Shown one piece after another: positions 38,773 to 51,752 of a stretch of DNA of 64,000 bases. Made by a program: the position numbers and the translations under genes. The notes beneath the pieces are model-generated. The model was not told the origin of the DNA. It was given only the letters and a program-made list of their open reading frames with translations, and did not search any database. This stretch comes from Octopus sinensis (lineage: Eukaryota). Location of the stretch: assembly GCF_006345805.1 (NCBI RefSeq), contig NC_042998.1, positions 112,282,001 to 112,346,000 on the forward strand, read 5' to 3'. How positions within the stretch are numbered: position 1 is the first letter of the stretch; each line of letters opens with the position of its first letter.

Positions 38773-39092
38773 CCCTAATCGAATTAACTCACGTTTTCTC
38801 CAAAAATGCTTTTTGTTTAATTTGCTATTTTTTTTCTTTTATTGTTTCAGTCGTTTGACTGTGGCAATGCGGGAGCACCACCTTAAAAAATTTTAGTAAG
38901 GACCCCCCTTGATTGCAGGCCCTGGGTGAGATTGAACCTTGTCCAGAAGTTCAATGTCGTTGTCTGCATATGTATCTACCCACAAGACCACTGTATTAAG
39001 AAGTTCAACGAGTAATCTTGTGGCTAATAAATATGTCATCATCGTAGATTAAAACATCTATTATTTATTATTCTAGTGGTGGATCGAAGTTC

Positions 39093-39192
39093 NNNNNNNN
39101 NNNNNNNNNNNNNNNNNNNNNNNNNNNNNNNNNNNNNNNNNNNNNNNNNNNNNNNNNNNNNNNNNNNNNNNNNNNNNNNNNNNNNNNNNNNN
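39093..39192. other. Assembly gap (100 N)
   Basis: Run of N. Confidence 1.
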
Positions 39193-39987
39193 TAAGTCGA
39201 TTATATCGACCCCAGTGCGTAACTGGTACTTATTTAATCGACCCCGAAAGGATGAAAGGCAAAGTCGACCTCGGCGGAATTTGAACTCAGAACGTAGCGG
39301 CAGACGAAATACGGCCACGCATTTCGCCCGGCGCGCTAACGTTTCTGCCAATATCACACGGAGAACACAACGGTCGAATACAGAGTTTTGAAGTTGCCCA
39401 TTGAGAATGCCATTGTCACTTCCATCTCCACTCGCATTATCGTCTCCATCACCCACGCCGCCACCAGTAACACGACTAACATCACTGCCATTGCTACCAT
39501 CAGCAAGCACCACACCACCACCACCACCACCACCACCACCACCAAACAACCACTGCTGTCATCACAGCAACTACCGTTCACAGAACTTCTATATTATTAT
39601 TATTTCAGCCATGTCGTGGGACTGTTTGGGAATGATGGGAGATGGTGCGGGATACTGGTGGAACGGGATATATATATATATATATATATTATAGGATGTC
39701 TAGAGAACTTACATGTATTTTAGCTGATGAGTACGGGACTCGTTTATATGCTGTAATCTTTGCAACTTTTAATAAAACCTGTCCTTGTATGAAACGATCG
39801 TACTAAATACTATCCATTCTTGTTGCTTCTTTCTCGCTTATAATCACCCCACATTACTGTATTGTTAAATCAGTATAGTTTTTTTTGGTGCATCTAAGTT
39901 AGGTACCATATTCAAGTAAATTTTTTTTAATTAACTTGAATCTTTATTGCTCTTTGAGTATATATATAATATATAATATATATATAT

Positions 39988-40021
<34 letters not shown>

Positions 40022-40097
40022 TCTTGTTGATTTTGGTTCTTGTTACTAATGCTGCTGCTGCTGCTGCGACTGTTGCTGTAGTGGTGGTGATGGATGC

Positions 40098-40128
<31 letters not shown>

Positions 40129-40257
40129 AGAAAGAGCAGCAGCTGCAGTGACAAAAGCTACAACTAAAACAGCTGTTCTTTAGTTTGTTTTAGCCGTCAC
40201 AGCTAAGGACGAGCTGAAGTAAACGCCGTTTCCTGTACTTAACTTCTCAACCTCACT

Positions 40258-40314
<57 letters not shown>

Positions 40315-40351
40315 CTCTATTCTCTCTTTCTTTTCTCTCTTTCTTTCTTTC

Positions 40352-40384
<33 letters not shown>

Positions 40385-40722
40385 TCTCTCCTCTCTTCCC
40401 TTTCTCTCTTCTCTCTCTCTTTCTGTGTTCTTTCTTTCTCTCTCTCTCTTTTTTCTCTATTCTTCTTTATTTCTCTCTCTCTCTTTCTCTCTCTCTCTCT
40501 TTCTCTCTCTCTCTTTCTTCTTTCTTTCTCTTCTCTCTCTCTCTTTCTTTCTCTCTTCTCTCTTTCTCTCTCTCTTCTTTCTCTCCTCTCTTTCTTTCTC
40601 TCTCTCTTCTTTCTTTCTCTCTCTCTTTCTTTCTCTCTCTTTCTCTCTTTCTTTCTTTCTCTTTCTTTCTCTCTCTCTCTTTCTCTCTTTCTTTCTTTCT
40701 CTTTCTTTCTCTCTCTCTCTTT

Positions 40723-40755
<33 letters not shown>

Positions 40756-41367
40756 CCCCCTAATCGAATTAACTCACGTTTTCTCCAAAAATGCTTTTTT
40801 GTTTAATTTGCTATTTTTTTCTTCTTTTATTTGTTTCAGTCGTTTGACTGTGGCAATGCTGGAGCACCACCTTTAAAAATTTTAGTAAGACCCCCTTGAT
40901 TGCAGGCCCTGGGTGAGATTGAACCTTGTCCAGAATGTTCAATGTCGTTGTCTGCATATGTCTCTACCCACAAGACCACTGTATTAAGAAGTTCAACGAG
41001 TAATCCTTGTGGCTAATAAATATGTCATCATCGTAGATTACAACATCTATTATTTATTATTCTAGTGGTGGATCGAAGTTCAAGATGGTAGATGAACAGA
41101 ATAGCTAGAGCGTCGGAAAAACCGTTTTGCGGCATTCCGGTTCTTTGTCTTCTGAAATCAAATCTCGCTGAGGCCAACTTTGCTTGTCATTCTTTCGGAG
41201 TCAATAAGATAAATACCAGTGGAATCGATAAAAACAAATATCACCAATCTCCTGAAACTGCTGGCCTTGTGACAAAATTTGGAACATTATCATTAAATGT
41301 ACATACTCATGCATATGTGTGAATATGTGTGTATCTCAACACAGATCTTTATATTTTAACCAATGTT

Positions 41368-41740
41368 AGCAGTCGTGGCTGTGTAGTAAGAATCTTGCTT
41401 CCCAACCGCATAATTCCGGGTTCAGTACCACTGCGTGGCACCTTGGTCAAGTGTCTTCTACTGAAGCCTCGGGCCGACCAAAGCCTTGTGAGTGGATTTG
41501 GTAGACAGAAAGTGAAAGAAGCCTGTCGTGTATATATATGTGTGTGTCTGTGTTAGTCCTCTACCATCGCTTGACAACTGATATTGGTGTGTTTGTCCCT
41601 GTAACTTAGCGATTCAGCAAAAGAGACCGATAGAATAAGTACCAGGCTTACAAAGATTAAGTCTTGGGATCGATTTGATCGACTAAAGGCGGTGCTCCAG
41701 CGTGGCTGCAGTCAAATGACTGAAACAAGCAAAGGAATAA
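41368..41740 (+). mobile_element. SINE family A, full length
   Basis: gtggctgtgtagtaag…ccgggttcagtaccactgcgtggcaccttggtcaagtgtc…gcagtcaaatgactgaaacaagc. Confidence 0.88.
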
Positions 41741-41917
41741 CAGATAAAGCAAAACATATTGTACTGGCAGACATCACTGGGAAGATAGAGCGAGTGAGGG
41801 CTATGATGTTTGCACATTTCTCGTTTCATGGCCAAGCTTCAGAGCGAGATATGCCTTTGCATGCACTACGTGAGCTGCAGCACGTGAATGCAGTATGCGT
41901 GTATGTAGGCATGCATG

Positions 41918-41955
<38 letters not shown>

Positions 41956-42317
41956 GCTCACCAACCGACATTCTCTAGCCCCTGCTCTAGATGTGGCATC
42001 TGCTCTTTGGAGGTGGCTGGACGTAGGCACTTCTTGATCACATGTCTCGCTTCCTCTCGTTACCCATATTTTGTCTATCTCCAAGATTTTCCTTAACTAC
42101 TACGTACTATCTTTCCTCCCTAGATCATAAAACCATCAGATATTCTCTCCCAACCGTTCATTTTTTTAACCTTTGTCACCCATCAAATTGCAGTTATAAC
42201 TTGATAAACTGCAAGAATTCTTATTCAACAGTAAATTGACTGCATCAAACCTGTTTTGGAATACTTGCTAATGGCATGGATAAAAGATCTTCTTCCAACC
42301 AACTCCACACACACACA

Positions 42318-42350
<33 letters not shown>

Positions 42351-42469
42351 TCTCTCCACTATATATATATATAAAGACGGCTCTGCAATTTCTTACTGAA
42401 CAAGCTGTACAAAGGATTTTTTTACAGTAATCAAAAATGTGCTGCACATTAACTCACTCCCCACCCCAT

Positions 42470-42640
42470 CAAATGAACAGGTGCATGGTGTACCGTACGT
42501 CAGGTGTCAAAGTGATCGCAGAGCAACATGATAGCGTTTTGCTTAAGAACGAAACGCAGCACCCTGTCAAAGAATTGAAATCACGATCGCAAAATCGTGA
42601 GTGCAACACCCTAACCACTAGGCTATGCGCCCTTGCACCA
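42470..42640 (-). mobile_element. tRNA-derived SINE, family E head
   Basis: Reverse complement gggcgcatagcctagtggttagggtgttgcactcacga… has a tRNA-like A box and is related to 52167-52474. Confidence 0.6.
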
Positions 42641-42689
42641 CACACACACACACAAACACACCACACACACACACACACACACACACAGA

Positions 42690-42893
42690 GTTTAATTGTT
42701 CTCAGCTACTGGGCTGTGAGCATGCAGGAGCACTATTTTAAAAGATTTATCAAACTTTTCAAGATTAGTCACTTTTCGCCCAACCGCCAAGTTACAGGAA
42801 CGTAAACAAAGTAACTCCGATGTCAAGCGGTGAGACAAGCACAAACTCAAAGACATATATAATGCCAATACAAATTATACATACATATACGCG

Positions 42894-42928
<35 letters not shown>

Positions 42929-42960
42929 ATATATATATATATATATATCTATATATCTAT

Positions 42961-43028
<68 letters not shown>

Positions 43029-43292
43029 TTATAATATATATATATATATATAATTTAAGCAAAATTCAGTTACGTGAAATAACTTGACTTTATATGTGCT
43101 ATGTATTTAGATAAAAGATATACCGAAGTACTTACATGCAGTTTCCTTATACCTAATTCACTCACAACGTAAGGGTCAGCCCGGGGTTATAAACAAAGAC
43201 ACTTGCATAAATTGCCTCGTAGTGGGACAGGACTCGAAGCCACGTGCTTGCCTAGTCGACGTCTTAAGCACACAGTCATGCCTAAATAAAGT
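42690..43292 (-). mobile_element. Old family A SINE with expanded (TC)(TA)n centre
   Basis: 3' part ccgccaagttacaggaacgtaaac…gtcaagcggtg and head part cccggggttata…gacacttgc…gtgggac…cacacagtcatgcct surround a long microsatellite. Confidence 0.6.
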
Positions 43293-44850
43293 GTATGCAT
43301 GTGTGGCTAAAATGTCTTTATACGTAACAGCAGTAAACATTAACTGAATAACGACTCGCACCATACACATTTTTTTTAATTATATACATACACACATGCA
43401 CATGTACGTTCACACTGTGTGTTAGTATGTGCGTGTGCAAGTATGCTTATGTATGTCTATCGGTATGTATTCTTTACGCATTATTTTGTTTATTCCTATG
43501 AAATCAGTGCGCTCGCTACGGCTCTCTGTACGACCGCTGCAAGCAGTCAATAGACAAAATACATCTATTTACACGGCAGCTCTGATTAAATCTAACGCCG
43601 TCTAGACAAGACAGACGCAAGGCACAAGACATCCGACTTAACGTTCAGTCAGACAATCTGTTACTCACTTTATTACAGAAATAGCGGGAAAGACAATAGT
43701 TAAGCTACAAACACATTTTTCTAAAGGAAATTAAGCTAGAAGACTCTAATACTGTTTGATGCATATGCAAGTGTACACGTGTGTACGTATATGTACTTAT
43801 GTACGCAGGTATGTGGGCTTGTGTGCGTATGTGCTCGTGTGTGTGCTTGTATTTTCTTTTGTGTGCGTGTTCTTTTTGTTTTTGTTCTTTTTTTAAACAT
43901 GACACTCGGGTTTTCGAATTTGACTACCACTTTGCATAATCATCAGCAGCTGCAGTGCCTCCAACATCCGCATCTTTCATCTCATCTTTAACATCAGTAT
44001 TACCACAGCCACCAACAAACTTATCGCCAGCATCACTATCCTCATTATCACAATCATAAACCTTACCATAGCCATCAAGAGCATTTTCATCTGCTTTCAT
44101 TCCATCTCTCTCTCTCTCTCTCCTTTCTGTGTGCGTTTATGTAAATTTGTGTACGTATATGTGTTCTTTTGTGTGTTGTTTATGAATAAATATATGTATA
44201 TGTATATACTTTAACATTCTTAGCCGGATGTAATATGTATTCCAAGAATGAATGTTACACATTCAGATGCACGTACCTAATATTCCTTGACAAGACATAG
44301 AGGCAATTTTAACCTCTACACAAATGAAAATATTACATATTTAACTACACTTAACTATACATGCACACAAACCATCCTTGGTATCGTGAGTCCTCCGCTC
44401 TCTCCCTTCCCCTGCTTCGCCTGATCTCTCACTCCCTTCCTCTCTCCTTTCTCTCTTTTACTTTCTCTCCTTCTCAACTTACTCTCTTTCACTCACTCTC
44501 ATTCCCTCTCTTATCCGCATTGTCATTCAGATTATACCACCACTTCTGGGGGGGGGGTTCTAACTTCCAAACTTCCATTTTACACTGTACCTGCCATGTA
44601 GACAGACGTCCTGAATTGGGTATCGTGTGTTTTATTATTTTTTTTTTGCGTATCTTAATCCTTATTTCCCCCGCTTTCATAATGAGTGTCATCTGAAAAG
44701 ATCATCTCCTGTTCATTCTATTTGTGTATTTATTTTCATTCTACACATTTTCGATTGTCTTCTCGCCTTATATTTCTAGATCATATGTTTTCATTTGTCT
44801 GACTCCATGTATTTTTTCTTTGTTTGATTCCTTCTTACCCTTATTATTTG

Positions 44851-44912
<62 letters not shown>

Positions 44913-44928
44913 CTATATATATATATAT

Positions 44929-44984
<56 letters not shown>

Positions 44985-45919
44985 GTCAGTGTTTCTTTCG
45001 GCCACGGAGACAGTGCAGCATTTGTGATAGAACAGTATGCGTAGAACTTTAAACCGGAATTCGGTGAGTCTGCAAGACTAGCTTTATGACTCTAACCGGA
45101 TCTCTTTATGTGCGAATGACACTCATCCACCCGCTTAATTGAAGTGAATGAGTCAATCTCTATAGTCTGCTGCCACCCCCAAACTTGTATAGCGGAGATG
45201 GTTTATTTCTAGTCATCAAATCAGTTTCACTATATCCACCAAAGGAAAATAAATGTATTTTCGTCGCTTTGGGTGATGTTTCTAGCTGTTTGGGCAAAAG
45301 AAAAATATGTTCATTGTATTAGCGTATAGGTGGCTGAATATTCCATAGAATATCCGTAGCGTAATTTTAAGGTGGCAACAGCAAGATTCAGTGCGACATG
45401 ACCGGACCTTAAGTCGCTGTTTTAGTCTATTGGATGCGCTTCTTCACAGTTTCCATCTATAGCGTTTCGGTGGACCCGAGGCTGTAAGAAAAGGTTCTTG
45501 CTCAAGATATGCAGTGAGATCGAACAGACCTCGTGAATGCAAAGCTATCTTCTTAACGATTTATCCAGACTAAATAATTTCCAAATCAACCAATCAAGGG
45601 AACCATACTAGTAGCAACCAATAGCCACCGAAAATAACCACTGCACTAGTAGATAATTTGCATTCCTCTGTCTAATACTTTCATTTACTGCAATGTATAT
45701 AGAGGCATATATATGTGTTTATATGTAATATTCATGAGTGCGGGTGGAGGGGAGAAGAGTGGACGCATGTTTAGCTTTAAAAAATACGTACTCTAACTTT
45801 AGGTATACGTTCATACATACAGACTTAAATAAATGCACCTACAAACGTCTATATATACACATTTGCACACATACTGTGTTGTATATGCTTGTGTGTATGT
45901 GTGTACGTATATATGTGTG

Positions 45920-45954
<35 letters not shown>

Positions 45955-46639
45955 CAAAGAATGAAATATCAGACTGAACGCAACATGTGGTTAGCATTAG
46001 GTAGTGCTTCTCAAATTAGCTAATCCTGCCCTGTATAGACTCAAGATATTTACAACCTTTGACCCCCTTTTATAATTTAATTTAACATATTTCAGCTTTT
46101 ACTCACTTCCCTGTTAATTTATTTTCATGTTTTCAATTATTTATTTATTTCATTGTAATTTTATTTCTGTCGACATTCGATCATATTCCAGATTTTCTTT
46201 GCAAGAATCCCCAAAGAAACAAAAAATAACTCGTATAACGCACACACCCATCTTTTATCTTTCTGTCTCAGTCTCGCTTTTTTTTAGTCTATTTTGACTT
46301 TTCTTACCTCTATAGATTTTTTCTTCTCCCTCTGTTTTGATTTCTTAACTTTACTCACACAATCTCTTCCAGTTTTTCCTATATCTCACTTTCCAAACAC
46401 TTCCCTCCCTCCCACTTTCACTCTTTTTTATCCTCCACTTCTAGTACTCTCTACCAACTTTGCTTTTGTTGGTGCTTTTAGAAGTCCCAGGAATAGTATA
46501 TACATTAAATCTCTGTATATACATTCAATAGTGGCCAGTCTAGCAACAGTGATTTTTGATCTCATGGCTGGGATCAGAAAACAGTTCTTCCCTTGGCAAA
46601 AGTTCTTTCTTTTTTCTGTAAATAATTCTGGTATCTTCT

Positions 46640-48200
46640 TTATATAAAGTACAAAACACAGTGACGCAAATCAGAAAAACGTAAAGAGCTTTGTACGGGT
46701 ACACAGATTTTACAACAAAAAACAATGCAGTAACAAAAAAATTTAAATAATGAAAAACTCTCCAATTGTGAGGGTGTCTCTGAAGGGTACCCATAGAAAC
46801 CACTAAAAACACCATCACCCTGACTCTTTAAACAAGCACCCTTCCCATCCAGTACTCCTCCAATCTAAAAGTGCATGCTCAAAACAAGCTCGTTCACTCG
46901 AACCATACTCTCTGCTCACATCAATCTTTCAATGAATTTGCTAGAAGACAACACTTCTCTCCTCACTCTCAGATTTTCTTTTCAAGTGAAACATAAACAA
47001 GTCGATGAGGTTTTGATCAAAAAGGTGTGTGTCTCAGTTTCGCCCACTACGCAGTCTCTTTCCCTGACAGATAAACATTGCCTTCTCTTCTTGACCAACA
47101 GAATGCGGCTAGGGTGATCGTCAGAATGGACTCAGCTTACAGTTATGTCCGTACCACACACGTAACAGTAGCTGCTCCACATAAACACATAGGTCAGCAA
47201 TATTCGGGCACTGGACGAACGCGTGCAGAACCAAGTGGCCAGGCTGCCGGCACTATCGTGCCTATTGAGTTTCTTAAAAGCAATGCCTCTCGTTAACATT
47301 GCTAGCCCTAGTATTTCTGGAAGTTATCCTAGGCCCTGAATCAAAGGTCCTTCGGAACAGGCTAGCCAGTTGATTTCGTCCTCACCCAAAGTTTCCTTTA
47401 GAACGTCATCGCACATTTCCGCCACTAATCTGGTGTCGTCAGGCTCTGAGCGACTGGCGAACTTTCAGTGTTAGAAGTCTTGTCTTGTTCTCCACTTAAC
47501 TTAGGCCTACGGATTTGTCAAAGAGACCAGTTGGGGGAAAAGTATCTAATAAATGGTGACTGCACCTGTTCATCGTCAAAGAAAAGCTTGAGATGCCGTA
47601 GCCTCAGTGCATGTTTGTGCATAGTCCTTTCTTCCCTCAATGGGTATTGACGAAAAATCTATTCAGACTTGAAATGGGGCAAAGCACAATGATAAGGCTG
47701 TAACAGATAACGGCGGCAATGCAGACGTTCGCCAACTCCGCCCTACCTTTCACGGATAGCTTCCACTCAGTCTTTTTCCTCGTCCCAGTTCTTCTACACT
47801 TGAAGGTCTTGATCAAACCAGACCGCGAGCAAATTAACCGGTCCGTCTAATGTCCTACAGCGTAGTTTGGTAGCATGGACCTGCTCCCGTAGGTGCTGAG
47901 CTGCAGAACCACTGACTTGGTCAATTTTTGCTCTTGTCACCACATCGTATTCCTTTGAAGCAATGTCGATCACACTGATATTTTGGTGTCCAACAGCTTT
48001 ATGGTGACGTCTGTCGCATACACTGACATATTTTCCACATCATATTTTGTGCAGAATGCCTCTCAAAGTCACACGTTTCCACAGCAATGGTTCTACGGTT
48101 AATGCATACAGAAGAGAGGAGAATGGATAACATTGGTGGACCGAGTGCATGATGTTGAACGTTTCCGATAGGTGGTTATTTACCCTGGTCATTGAGTAGA
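46640..48200 (-). mobile_element. 5'-truncated L1/Tx1-clade LINE (same group as 16230-19480)
   Basis: Minus strand: HSVHQCYPFSSLLYALTVEPLL (RQGCPLSP-like), DGPVNLLAVWFDQDLQV, LSVKGRAELANVCIAAVICY, HAFVQCPNIADLCVYVEQLL (CCHC region), FHLKRK. The 3' region gagtgaacgagcttgttttgagcatgc parallels the 16.3 kb copy. Confidence 0.82.
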
Positions 48201-48513
48201 CGTTGCTATACATTGCAGCGATCCAGCACCTAAAAATGAGAGGATGAAATGCAAAGTCGACCACGGCGGAATTTGAACTCAGAACGTAAACACAGACGAA
48301 ATACCTATTTCTTTACTACCCGCAAGGGGCTAAACACAGAGGGGACAAACAAGGACAGATACACGGATTAAGTCGATTACATCGATCCCAGTGCGTAACT
48401 GGTACTTATTTAATCGACCGGGAAAGGATGAAAGGCAAAGTCGACCTCGGCGGAATTTGAACTCAGAACGTAAAAACAGACGGCGTGCTAACGATTCTGC
48501 CAGCCCACCGCTT
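48200..48513 (-). mobile_element. Dimeric/nested SINE family B
   Basis: Two cores joined at gacgaaatacc|tatttctttact (48296-48317), the same junction as 14905-14926. Confidence 0.88.
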
Positions 48514-50599
48514 GGGTTTGTTTTAATAATATTACTGAAAATATAGTGTTCGTGGAACATATGCAAATCAATTCACAAACTAATGAGCTTATACGCATAA
48601 ATGCGCACGCGCGCGCGTGTATGTGTGTGTATAGCAACAGGTGAAACAAATATTTTATTTTACTTCTGTAGCAAACAAAACCTTAACCCTATGCCAAAAA
48701 TTAGTAAAAACTTTATCGAAGACATGCATGGTTAAGACCACTTCTTGAATTTTGTTTACGTATTTTACGAGAAACTTAACACATGTGTTGACAATTTTGT
48801 AATGGAATGCTTACCAACTCCACCCTTTCGGGAACTGCCAACAGGAAAGAAAGGACAGTCATTTTAACTATTTAGCACTCATGTTACCCTCTTGCTGGCT
48901 CAACGTAAATGACCCATATGTTTGGAAATTGGGCAGGGAATAGTGAGAAACGGAAACACTGTAGTAGAGTACAGTTGTAGTACTGTTTGAATATCTACAC
49001 TTATAGTTTGTTTTGTAGGAAGCGCGCAGAATAAATCAAATCTATTTATATCATTTATTACAGACCCGATATTTTTCTTGACCGATAAAATAGAAGCTTA
49101 AAATTACACCTGTGTGTGTGTGTGTGTGTGCGTGTCGAAACATATAACACCATAAGGTACGCGCGCTACGTGCGCTGCAATCTAAACAAGCTTAGAAAAA
49201 AATACTGCTCGCATTTTGATAGTGACCTACTTCTGTCGGCTGTTTCCTCTACAGACAACTGTCGACTCACAATTCATTGTCGAGTTATATCTGCTTTAGT
49301 TATTACATCCTCTCGTATTCAACCTTCTCTGACCGCATTGCACGTTCCTCAAGACATTACAGAATTGTTATTAAATCTCTAACGGTATTTCATTGAAGGC
49401 TATACTAAATTACCTTTGCAAAACTCGCTACCATCACTTCTTATTCGTACTCATTCCGCTACTAAATCTTCCTTGTCAGTACATTCGTAAACCGACACTG
49501 GATGCAGTACTCCAGTATGACAATGGTCATAATAGCTAAAGAACTGGTGTTTTCTTTAATATTTTGGCAAAGATGTCATAAGATATTGAATCCGGTTCTT
49601 CCTCACTTATTTCAGTTAGCGAAGGAAACAATGACTCACTGAATATAAGCATGCTTTTATTCTCTAATGAAATCTGACAAATTCTCAAACAATTGGTCGG
49701 ATTTCATCAGTGAATCTTTCCTGTCTACACGTCCATTAACTATTGTGGTATCGATTTCCTTTATAACCTGTGATCGGTCGATACTATCGCTGATGTGTCT
49801 TATACAGCGGTGAGGATATGAAATATTGCTTTCACGACTGAGCGAACACATAGGTGTCGAGATTGAAACCCGTTCTAACTTGCGTTGAACTTATTGTGGA
49901 AATCTGTTCTCGTTCATAGTGAATCGAGTTGAATAGAGAAAGAGCATAAAATATTACAGATAGTAAAACTGCACATTATCAAATGTTCTCAGAAGCTAAG
50001 TAATAACCATTGTCATGACAGTATGAAAACTGATTAGAAACAATAAAACGGCATTTATTGCAGTTCCTAAACGTTTACCACCACGAACCTTTTTTTTTTT
50101 TTTTTTGTAGTAAACCAACCTTATGCAGTCTTTTGTCGAATGTGTAAATAGATATGAACGTGAAGCGTTTTTGATTCGTCGGTAAATGTTTTCAGCTTTT
50201 ATTTGCAGCAAACCTAAGGCTATTGTAAAACATTTCTATCTAATAAAACATTTGAAGAGTAAAAGATTTCACTATATTTTCAACATTTTATACTGCAACT
50301 CAAAAATCGGGGACTGCTACCGTAGCATATAAAACTATAATTTGTCATCGTTCAATATGTGTTATATCTGAAAGCAGAAATGTCTGTCCTATATTAAATG
50401 TTAATGACAGTAGGTGGAGACGTATAACAGGTAAAGCCGACTAAACTAAGATAATTGGTGAGTCACATTAAATCCCTGAGTAATTATCAAAGTATCTTTT
50501 TGTGGTAGGATAATTACATTTCATGTAGTAAGATAATTACATTTCAAGCTTAGATAACTTCGTTGTATAGGATTCCGCGTGTGTATGAGCGTGTGAAGT

Positions 50600-51150
50600 T
50601 TAGCATTGATGTCATTTCGTTACATCGCTAAAATATTTTCTTACAAAATATCAGAATTTATCTGAAGTTCTGAGACTTCTGGAAAATAGGTTAGATTCAA
50701 AATTAAAGCTCAATTAGTTTATAACGTTTTAAAAAGTCAACTTGATGAAATTTTCTTCCTTCACAAAATGTTTCAAGTGAAATGCAGCCAAGAGTGAAAT
50801 TTATATTATTGTTTTCAACGTGGATAGAAAAGTGAAGCAGAACTGGAAATAGTTAATTAGGAAAAGCGCTATGGCCTGGGAGGATAATCAAAACACTTGC
50901 ACAAAAATACTAATCTCGTAAGAGTACATTTTCTGTATGAAGTAATATGGAGACTAAAACATTTTCTGCGAAGAGATGCACAGTTTCGAACTGAAGTGTT
51001 CTTCATCAGAATATACTGAAATTTATGGTATGATCAAAGCATTTAATGTTAGAAAGAAAAGAAAAATACAAACATCCTAAATTCTTATAGCTTTCCAAAT
51101 ACTTCAACATATATCACCCTAATGACCTAAAATTCTTAAAGAACATAATA
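50600..51150 (+). mobile_element. Degraded RTE-type LINE RT/C-terminal remnant
   Basis: Frameshifted pieces LVRVHFLYEVIWRLK and SFELKC resemble the RTE LVxSxxLYGxExWTL…FEMxCxRR segment. Confidence 0.35.
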
Positions 51151-51666
51151 GATTTAATGGAAAAGAAAAACAATTTTCAATCTCTTGTATGTAGACCGGT
51201 TTAACAACATCTGCTTAGTGCCATTCTTCACGCCATTTTAACTGTCTGTTGTACAATGGCTGCTATATGACAACTGCTTATGAAAACTTTTGATCTCTAT
51301 GTATGTCATGTCTATAATTGATGCCTTCCTTTGGAAAGTCAACACCGTTTCCCACCATATGAAAATCATTAACCCCTGTCTATAGAATACTTTCTGTTTT
51401 CAACTTCTTGCTTTTCTTCCAGTCTCACTTCTCTTTTTTTTTGTATTCGTTCTAAACACCAATTTAGTAAATAGCTTGGTAACTGGCTTTTGATGTGAGA
51501 GAAAGCTGCTGAGTTTCCTTACGCCGAGGTTATATAAAACGTGTGCGTTTAAAACAAATTAAAAGTATCTGCTGGAATTGTATATTTATACTATTGCAAT
51601 ACAAAGATCTGATTTATGACATTGAACTGACTTGGAGACATTACTGCTGTTGCCGTCTTCGTCCTA

Positions 51667-51705
51667 GTTAATAATAATGATAATAATAATGATAATAATA
51701 GTAAC

Positions 51706-51750
<45 letters not shown>

Positions 51751-51752
51751 CA
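51667..51752. repeat. (TAA)n microsatellite (SINE tail)
   Basis: Direct trinucleotide run adjoining a minus-strand family B tail. Confidence 0.9.

Larger units (their letters stand above)
37201..41081. repeat. ~1.9 kb direct duplication (37201-39092 vs 39193-41081) flanking a 100-N gap
   Basis: The second copy starts immediately after the gap with taagtcgattatatcg and the first ends immediately before it with ggatcgaagttc. Differences are mostly small indels in homopolymers and microsatellites. Confidence 0.95.

Noticed and set aside
49657-49851. 64-aa minus-strand ORF in unique sequence
   Set aside because: No recognisable domain, a stop just upstream in frame and no convincing splice sites; open frames of this length occur by chance.
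50983-51009. Minus-strand hammerhead-like core CUGAUGA-A-GAAC/GUUC-GAAAC
   Set aside because: No NUH cleavage triplet or stem I follows (GAAACUGUG), and the + strand reads as RTE coding remnant (SFELKC), so it is probably coincidental. An Infernal search would settle it.
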